Assembly (NCBI GenBank): GCA_964571155.1
Contig: CAZNCM010000001.1
Span: forward strand, 291 to 64,290
DNA length: 64,000 nt
DNA from: an uncultured Lyngbya sp.
Lineage (GTDB): Bacteria; Cyanobacteriota; Cyanobacteriia; Cyanobacteriales; Microcoleaceae
Direction: 5' to 3'
Of this stretch, positions 57,928 through 64,000 are shown in pieces. The notes under the pieces were generated by a model, which did not search any database, was not told where the DNA came from, and saw only the letters and a list, made by a program, of their open reading frames with translations. The position numbers were made by a program, and so were the translations under genes. Position 1 is the first letter of the stretch, and every line of letters begins with the position of its first letter.

Positions 57928-60642
57928 ATGTCAGGTCAAATGCCATCCCTACAACGAGAACTTGGGGTTTTTGGTGCCACCTTAATGGGGTTAGGTTCAA
58001 TTATTGGAACGGGGGTATTTGTCAGTATTGGAATTGCAACGGGAATTGCCGGGCCGTCTGTTATTTTAGCAGTAGCAATTGGGGCAATGGTTGCTTTATG
58101 TAATGGGTTAAGTAGCGCCCAACTTGCGGCTAATCATTCTGTGAGTGGCGGAACTTATGAATATGGTTATAAATATCTCAATCCGATGTTTGGTTTTACC
58201 GCAGGTTGGATATTTTTGCTGGCAAAAAGTGCTTCGGCGGCGACGGCGGCGTTAGGATTTGCGGGGTATTTTCTTAATGCTTTGAATTTGGATAATAGGT
58301 TATTGATACCGACAGCTTTAATTGCAGTTTTGGCGATTACCATCATTGTTTTAAATGGTATTCGTCGTTCTAATCTAGCCAATTTAGGGATTGTTTCGTT
58401 AACGTTATTTTCCTTACTTATCTTTATTATCACGGGTTTACCTACGGCATTATCTCCAACAGGGGCTAACAATTTAATGCCTTTTTTTACGGCTGAAAAT
58501 CCCATCGCCGCTTTATTACAAGCCACTGCATTAATGTTTGTTGCCTACACCGGATATGGACGTATTGCGACTTTAGGTGAAGAAGTGCGTGAACCCCGAG
58601 TGACGATTCCCAAAGCGATGATCACCACGATGATTGTCACCATGTTGTTGTATTTGACGGTGGCTGTCGTGGGAGTCGCCGCAGTTGGGGTTGAGGGCTT
58701 GAGTGATGCGACGCAAAAGGTAGCCCCGTTGGAAGTGGCGGCGAGTCAGTTTGGTATACCGGGAATTCCTCAAGTTGTAGCATTGGGGGCGATAACGGCG
58801 ATGTTGGGGGTGTTGCTGAATTTGATTTTGGGCTTATCGCGGGTATTGTTGGCGATGGGGAGACGGCGGGATATGCCTCGTCAAGTGGCGCGACTCAACC
58901 CTTCTCAAACGACTCCGACGATAGCGGTGATTGTTGTTGCGGTGATTATTGGGATGTTGGTGTTGATTGGGAATGTGAAAACAACCTGGTCATTTAGTGC
59001 GTTTAATGTTTTAATTTATTATGCCATTACGAATTTTGCCGCGTTAAAAATTCCGCCGGAAGGACGACTTTATCCGAAGCCGATAGCAGTGATTGGGCTA
59101 GTATCGTGCTTTTTTCTGGCATTTTGGGTAGAGTGGCAAATTTGGTTAGTCGGGTTAGGATTAATTGCGGTTGGCTGGTTGTGGCGCATCAGATATCTTG
59201 ATCGGACTTGCAGGGTCATGCCCCATCCAAATCACCAACTTGGGACTAATGATTCTACTGTAGTCGATACAGTTTGCCATTTCCTTTATCACACTCTGGT
59301 TTCACTCCAGAAGCAGCATCCTCAATGGCTGAATCCTCGCTACCAAAATATTCCCTGGCATCAACCGCGCTATGAGTCTATCTTTTTCCAGAAAGTTTCT
59401 CAAGGGTTGAGTCAGGTCAAGCCGCCTGAGAAATTACGGGCTAAAATTCAAAATTATCTCAAGGTTTTGCTGAGTTCGGAATTTATTCAGTCCTCGGAAT
59501 ATCAGGTTGTCATTGCCCAACTCGAACAACTGATTTATCCAAACCCTAAACTGACTCCTTATCCCCATCCTGGGGAAATTAACCCTCAACAACTTTATTT
59601 CAATGGGCGCAGTTTTTCAACCAGTGGAATTAGTATTCTGTTATTGGATGTGGAAAACCTCCAATTGGATATCGAAACCGAGAAATTTTTAGAAACTGTT
59701 TGTACTTGTCCGTTGCAAATTAAAGTTGCTTTTGCCAATTGGCGTAGCATGGGAAAAAAAGATGTTGAGTTGCATCAGCGAGGGTATCAACTCATTCATG
59801 TTCCGCCTGGAAAAGATAGTGCTGATTTAAAAATGGCGACAGTGGGTTCTTCTATTTTTGTTTATTATCCCACAGCTCAAGAAGTTTTAGTTTGTTCGTC
59901 TGATCGGGCGTTAACTCATCTGTGTAATACGCTACAAGCTCATGGGTTAACAGTTTATCAAGTCAAGAAGAAAAAAGATAAGATTCTGGTGTTTGATAAT
60001 CGAACCGGGGAAACTCAACAATTTGATTTAACATCCTCTAGCGATATTCCCTCGTTAGATGAATTTTTGGTGCAATTACAGAACTTAACCCGCTCTGAAC
60101 AAAAGCGTATTCATAGCCAATGGATTAAACTCTCGCGTCTTTCTTCCCTCTATAAAGATACCTACAAAATGACAATTAGTCAAGTTGTTTCTGCCCATTT
60201 TCCCGAATCAAAAGCTAGAGACATCTTTATTAATAACCCGCAGATTTTTGCCATTCATCAGCCTTCTGAAAAATCCCAAACCTATGTGACCTTATTTGAA
60301 CTCGCATATCCAAACGATAAGTTAACGCCTGCGGATGAAAATGTAAGTAATGGTTTGGTTAAAATTAAATCACTTGAACAGTTAGAAATTGCTCTCGTTG
60401 AGATTGTTAAAGAACTCACAGCTAAAACGCCTAATTCTTGTATTTCATTATCAATCTTAGGAAGTTACTTTAATAAAAAGTATGGTCAAGCTATTACCCA
60501 AGTAATCAAACAACTTCAGCCGGGAGGTAAGTTCCCCAAATTTATTGATATGTGCAGTTCTTTTGAGTTAGAGCAAACAGAAAGAGGTTGGACTGTGTGT
60601 TTACTAACGCCAAATTTCCCCTCATCTTCAGAAGAAGAATAA
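57928..60642 (+). CDS. In-frame fusion of APC amino-acid permease (aa 1-~420) and NYN/LabA RNase-like protein with OST-HTH/LOTUS-like C-terminus (from ATG 59218)
   Basis: GSIIGTGVF, SGG.Y.Y, FVAYTGY...GEEVREP (APC); LLDVENL, AFANW, KDSADL, SSD (NYN). Confidence 0.8.
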   Translation: MSGQMPSLQRELGVFGATLMGLGSIIGTGVFVSIGIATGIAGPSVILAVAIGAMVALCNGLSSAQLAANHSVSGGTYEYGYKYLNPMFGFTAGWIFLLAKSASAATAALGFAGYFLNALNLDNRLLIPTALIAVLAITIIVLNGIRRSNLANLGIVSLTLFSLLIFIITGLPTALSPTGANNLMPFFTAENPIAALLQATALMFVAYTGYGRIATLGEEVREPRVTIPKAMITTMIVTMLLYLTVAVVGVAAVGVEGLSDATQKVAPLEVAASQFGIPGIPQVVALGAITAMLGVLLNLILGLSRVLLAMGRRRDMPRQVARLNPSQTTPTIAVIVVAVIIGMLVLIGNVKTTWSFSAFNVLIYYAITNFAALKIPPEGRLYPKPIAVIGLVSCFFLAFWVEWQIWLVGLGLIAVGWLWRIRYLDRTCRVMPHPNHQLGTNDSTVVDTVCHFLYHTLVSLQKQHPQWLNPRYQNIPWHQPRYESIFFQKVSQGLSQVKPPEKLRAKIQNYLKVLLSSEFIQSSEYQVVIAQLEQLIYPNPKLTPYPHPGEINPQQLYFNGRSFSTSGISILLLDVENLQLDIETEKFLETVCTCPLQIKVAFANWRSMGKKDVELHQRGYQLIHVPPGKDSADLKMATVGSSIFVYYPTAQEVLVCSSDRALTHLCNTLQAHGLTVYQVKKKKDKILVFDNRTGETQQFDLTSSSDIPSLDEFLVQLQNLTRSEQKRIHSQWIKLSRLSSLYKDTYKMTISQVVSAHFPESKARDIFINNPQIFAIHQPSEKSQTYVTLFELAYPNDKLTPADENVSNGLVKIKSLEQLEIALVEIVKELTAKTPNSCISLSILGSYFNKKYGQAITQVIKQLQPGGKFPKFIDMCSSFELEQTERGWTVCLLTPNFPSSSEEE

Positions 60643-60671
60643 AGGGGGAAATCGGGTAAAAATCTGTTAAC

Positions 60672-61166
60672 TTAATCTATATATAAAAATTCTTGATTCA
60701 GAATTTCTTTCCAGGTATTCGGCCCAACAATTCCATCTGCTACTAATCCATATTTACGTTGAAATTGCTGAACTGCTTCTAATGTTTTCCGCCCGAAAAT
60801 CCCATCAACAACTAAATTAGCCTCAATATTATTCAGACGAGTTTGCAATTCAAAAACACTTTTTCCAGTATTTCCTACTTTTAAAATGGGGAAATCACTA
60901 TCGGGGTTATCTAACGGGGCTGTCGTTATTTCTAATAAAACACTCCAAGTTTGTGACCCTACAATCCCATCAACAATTAAATCATTATCTCTTTGAAACC
61001 GCTTAACTGCTATTTCAGTATCAGAACCAAAAATTCCATCCATTCTGAGATTTGAACCCATAATATTAAGGCGATTTTGTAGATAGGTGACATCATCTCC
61101 GGTTTGACCTAACTGTAAAATGGGTAAAGACTTAACGGTCGCAGAAGAAATACTGAATGTTTGCAT
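60672..61166 (-). CDS. Peptidoglycan-binding protein (two PG_binding_1 domains)
   Basis: Two L..G..G..V..LQ.RL...DGIFG..T..AV..FQ....L..DGIVG..TW units. Confidence 0.9.
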   Translation of the reverse strand: MQTFSISSATVKSLPILQLGQTGDDVTYLQNRLNIMGSNLRMDGIFGSDTEIAVKRFQRDNDLIVDGIVGSQTWSVLLEITTAPLDNPDSDFPILKVGNTGKSVFELQTRLNNIEANLVVDGIFGRKTLEAVQQFQRKYGLVADGIVGPNTWKEILNQEFLYID

Positions 61167-61231
61167 GATTAATTTCCCAATTAACTTGTTTCTATAGTTT
61201 TAATATAGTTAATCTAAAAAGGATTGGGTAG

Positions 61232-61247
61232 TCACTCATTTGAGTAA
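61232..61247. promoter_or_regulatory. Palindromic operator TCACTCA-TT-TGAGTAA
   Basis: Begins 66 bp from the ATG; counterpart at the same distance before the paralog. Confidence 0.5.
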
Positions 61248-61388
61248 TTAAATATTCAGGTTTCAGCTAAAATTAAGGATAAAATATAAACAACATAAAA
61301 ATTCCCTTCATCTCAAAAAAGAAGACTTCAGAGAGAGGAAGGGCTATTTTAGAGGAAAAAAGGTTAACTTAATCAATTCATCCTTTAA

Positions 61389-61868
61389 CTAAAAGAATTC
61401 ATGCAGCAAAGAATTCCATGTCAAAGGCCCAACAATTCCATCAGCAGCTAATCCAAAACGACGTTGAAATTGTTTAACCGCTCCTTCGGTTTTGGAGGCA
61501 AAAATACCATTAACCAGCAAATCAATCTCAAAATCATTCAGACGATTTTGTAAGCGAATTACATCATTTCCCACACTTCCAAAACTGAGAACAGGTAAAG
61601 ATTGTAGAGCCTCAAAAGGAACGCTAGTCGCTTTTAATAAAGTATTCCAAGTTTCCGCCCCAACAATGCCATCTGCTAATAATCGATTTTCGATTTGAAA
61701 TTGTTTTACAGTTGCTTCAGTCGCCACACCAAAAACTCCGTCAATCAATAATTTATATCCCAAAATACTGAGGCGTTCTTGCAAGTTTTTAATGGTTTTT
61801 CCTTGACTTCCCCGACGCAAAATCGGTAGAGATTGAATCGTTTTCAGATAAAAAGCTGTGGTTTGCAT
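61389..61868 (-). CDS. Peptidoglycan-binding protein (two PG_binding_1 domains), tandem paralog
   Basis: Same repeat motifs as 60672..61166. Confidence 0.9.
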   Translation of the reverse strand: MQTTAFYLKTIQSLPILRRGSQGKTIKNLQERLSILGYKLLIDGVFGVATEATVKQFQIENRLLADGIVGAETWNTLLKATSVPFEALQSLPVLSFGSVGNDVIRLQNRLNDFEIDLLVNGIFASKTEGAVKQFQRRFGLAADGIVGPLTWNSLLHEFF

Positions 61869-61933
61869 CTCTAAACTTCCTGTGGATTTATATTCATAGT
61901 TCTAATCTAATCACTAGCTTATCCATTGCACAG

Positions 61934-61949
61934 TCACTTTTTTGAGTGA
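61934..61949. promoter_or_regulatory. Palindromic operator TCACTTT-TT-TGAGTGA
   Basis: Begins 66 bp from ATG 61868. Confidence 0.5.
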
Positions 61950-62095
61950 ATCTTTGCAAAATCAAAATATTGTCCTTCAGTTGAGGGACAGATGGGGTTG
62001 ATTTTTCTGAAGTTGAATAAATCTATCTTTTGTCTTTCCCCGACTCCGACGGTTGTGACTATACTAAGAAGGGAGTGTTTAAGAAATGTAACGAA

Positions 62096-62803
62096 ATGCG
62101 AGACAAAGTAGCAGTAATCGTTGGAGGAACAGGTGGAATCGGTTCAGCCGTAGCCCGAAAGTTAGTTCAATCTGGGGTCAAACTGGTGTTAGCCGCTAGA
62201 GACAGCCATAAATTGGAAACCTTAGCTTCAGAATTGGGAACACCAGACGTGTTGGCGGTTTCAACTGATATCACTGACCCCCAGCAAGTTGAAGGATTGA
62301 TGCAAAAAGCCGAAAGTCACTTCGGCCAGATTGATATTTTGGTGAATGCAGCCGGCGCCGGAATTCTCAAACAGTGGAATAAAATCGAACCCTCTGACCT
62401 CGATAGAATGTTGGACTTGAATCTCAAGGGGAGTTTTTATACCACTCAAGCGGTTGCTCATGTGATGAAACAGCAAAAATCTGGTCATATTTGTAATGTA
62501 ATTGGGATTTTAGGAAAACATTCGATGGCAATGGGAAGTGCTTATTGTGCTTCTAAATTTGGGGTAGTTGGCTTTAGTAAGTGTATGGCTGATGAAATGC
62601 GTCGATATGGAATTAAATTTACATTATTCTATCTTGGGGGGGTTGATACTCCCTTTTGGGATAGTGTTAGTTTAAAGGTTGATCGTTCAAAAATGCTCAG
62701 TTCTGAAACGGCAGCCGATGCAATTTTATTTGCACTCTCCGCCGAATCTCAGGCTGTTCCAATGGAGATTAATATTCAACCTGATAGTCATTTATTCTTT
62801 TAG
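62096..62803 (+). CDS. SDR family oxidoreductase (start likely ATG 62096)
   Basis: VGGTGGIG, LVNAAG, YCASK. Confidence 0.9.
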   Translation: MRDKVAVIVGGTGGIGSAVARKLVQSGVKLVLAARDSHKLETLASELGTPDVLAVSTDITDPQQVEGLMQKAESHFGQIDILVNAAGAGILKQWNKIEPSDLDRMLDLNLKGSFYTTQAVAHVMKQQKSGHICNVIGILGKHSMAMGSAYCASKFGVVGFSKCMADEMRRYGIKFTLFYLGGVDTPFWDSVSLKVDRSKMLSSETAADAILFALSAESQAVPMEINIQPDSHLFF

Positions 62804-62864
62804 TAAGAAAGAATAGGGAATGAGGAATTGAAGATTAATTCCAAATACCAAATAGTGGGAGTTT

Positions 62865-63989
62865 ATGATGCAGTTTGATCATCTACATTTTTATGTCACC
62901 AATGCTAAGGCATCACGGGATTGGTTTATTCAGAAGTTGGGTTTTCAAGCTCAGGGATGTGTGACAAATTCTGATACTCATACAGAAATTATACAGCATG
63001 GATCGGTTTATTTTCTGTTATCTTCTCCGGTCACAGATGCGAGTCCGGTGGCTCAATATTTGCATCAACATCCATCTGGTATTGTCGATGTAGGGTTTGA
63101 AGTTGAAGATATAGACTCTGTGGCTCAACGAATGAAAGTTGAAGGGGTTAAAATGATGCAACCGATTCAACAATATTCTGTTGATAATAGTCTCCTAAAA
63201 TGGTTTACGATTGTGGGCTGGAGTGGGTTACATCATACTTTAATAGAACGACAAAATCATCCTCACTGGAAATTGCTTCCTTCTGTTCCTTTTCCAATTC
63301 CCTATTCTCAAGTTAATTCTCATATTGTCGGTATTGATCATGTCGTTTTAAATGTGAATGCAGGAGATTTAAAAGCGGCTGAAAACTGGTATAAACGAGT
63401 TCTTGGGTTTCAATCCCAACAGAAATTTGATATTCAAACAAAGCGTTCTGGCTTGCATAGTCAAGTGCTAGTTGATGAACATAAAAATGTGCAGTTTCCT
63501 ATTAATGAACCTACATCAGAAAAATCACAAATTCAGGAATTTATAGATGTTAATCGGGGTGCAGGAATTCAACATATTGCTTTGAAAACTCGAAATATTA
63601 TTCAAGTTGTTGGTCAGTTGAGACAGCGGGGATTACCGTTTATTTCCGTATCTCCTTTTTATTATAGTCAGTTAGAAAAAAAGCTAAATAAGAATGAGTT
63701 ATCACCCGCAGAGTGGAAAGCTATTCAAGAGTATGAAATCCTGATTGATCTGTCTGATTCAGACGCAATGTTATTACAAATTTTTACCCAGCCTATTTTT
63801 GAGGAACCCACATTCTTTTTTGAGTTGATAGAACGTAGAACCAATTGGGTTGATGGAAATCTTGTTGAAGCCGAAGGATTTGGAGAAGGTAATTTTCAAG
63901 CGTTATTTGAAGCAATGGAACAGGAACAAATTAAAAGAAGTCAATATTCAAATCAATCGCCTAATTCTGAGTACAGAACAGCCTTCTAA
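62865..63989 (+). CDS. hppD: 4-hydroxyphenylpyruvate dioxygenase
   Basis: IDHVVLNV, PINEP, SQIQEF...GAGIQHIAL, LLQIFT, FFELIER, GFGEGNFQALFEAME. Confidence 0.95.
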   Translation: MMQFDHLHFYVTNAKASRDWFIQKLGFQAQGCVTNSDTHTEIIQHGSVYFLLSSPVTDASPVAQYLHQHPSGIVDVGFEVEDIDSVAQRMKVEGVKMMQPIQQYSVDNSLLKWFTIVGWSGLHHTLIERQNHPHWKLLPSVPFPIPYSQVNSHIVGIDHVVLNVNAGDLKAAENWYKRVLGFQSQQKFDIQTKRSGLHSQVLVDEHKNVQFPINEPTSEKSQIQEFIDVNRGAGIQHIALKTRNIIQVVGQLRQRGLPFISVSPFYYSQLEKKLNKNELSPAEWKAIQEYEILIDLSDSDAMLLQIFTQPIFEEPTFFFELIERRTNWVDGNLVEAEGFGEGNFQALFEAMEQEQIKRSQYSNQSPNSEYRTAF

Positions 63990-64000
63990 TACTACCAAGG

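Noticed and set aside
3287-62488. Many 60-150 aa ORFs overlapping or antisense to larger genes in the track
   Set aside because: Shadow ORFs with no motifs
1-64000. tRNA, rRNA, transposase, integrase or prophage genes
   Set aside because: No such signatures found by eye

Overview
This is a cyanobacterial chromosomal window, judged from HIP1 GCGATCGC octamers, cyanoexosortase A, a DXCF GAF protein and Uma2. Bases 1-41.1 kb form one large surface-glycan locus. It carries wzc (partial), an SLH/SLBB wza, wzm/wzt, three sulfotransferases, about 15 glycosyltransferases, an SGNH esterase, a methyltransferase, an Fe/2OG dioxygenase and a Wzy-like membrane protein. It also carries the cyanoexosortase A module (HpsJ-like, associated protein, exosortase), three PEP-CTERM proteins, and YdcF, WcaF/HpsU-like and WecA-like genes. 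The strongest unexplained signal is a repeated cis-regulatory grammar. Paired TTTACAAA-N9-TTTGTAAA boxes lie 42-43 bp apart, followed after 14 bp by TCCGGA and after another 24 bp by a G-rich element. TCCGGA also occurs in essentially every larger intergenic gap of the glycan operon. This points to a dedicated regulon linking glycan synthesis with PEP-CTERM sorting. Bases 41-64 kb hold housekeeping and accessory genes: glyQ, an MCP, a carotenoid oxygenase, a folate transporter and hppD. This part also has a candidate membrane-anchored antitoxin/PIN toxin/TPR module, a frameshifted ubiD, an APC permease-NYN RNase fusion, and two PG-binding genes sharing a palindromic operator. Several genes carry nonsense or deletion lesions. 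I saw no rRNA, tRNA, CRISPR array or transposase. All homology calls are from motif recognition, not database searches.
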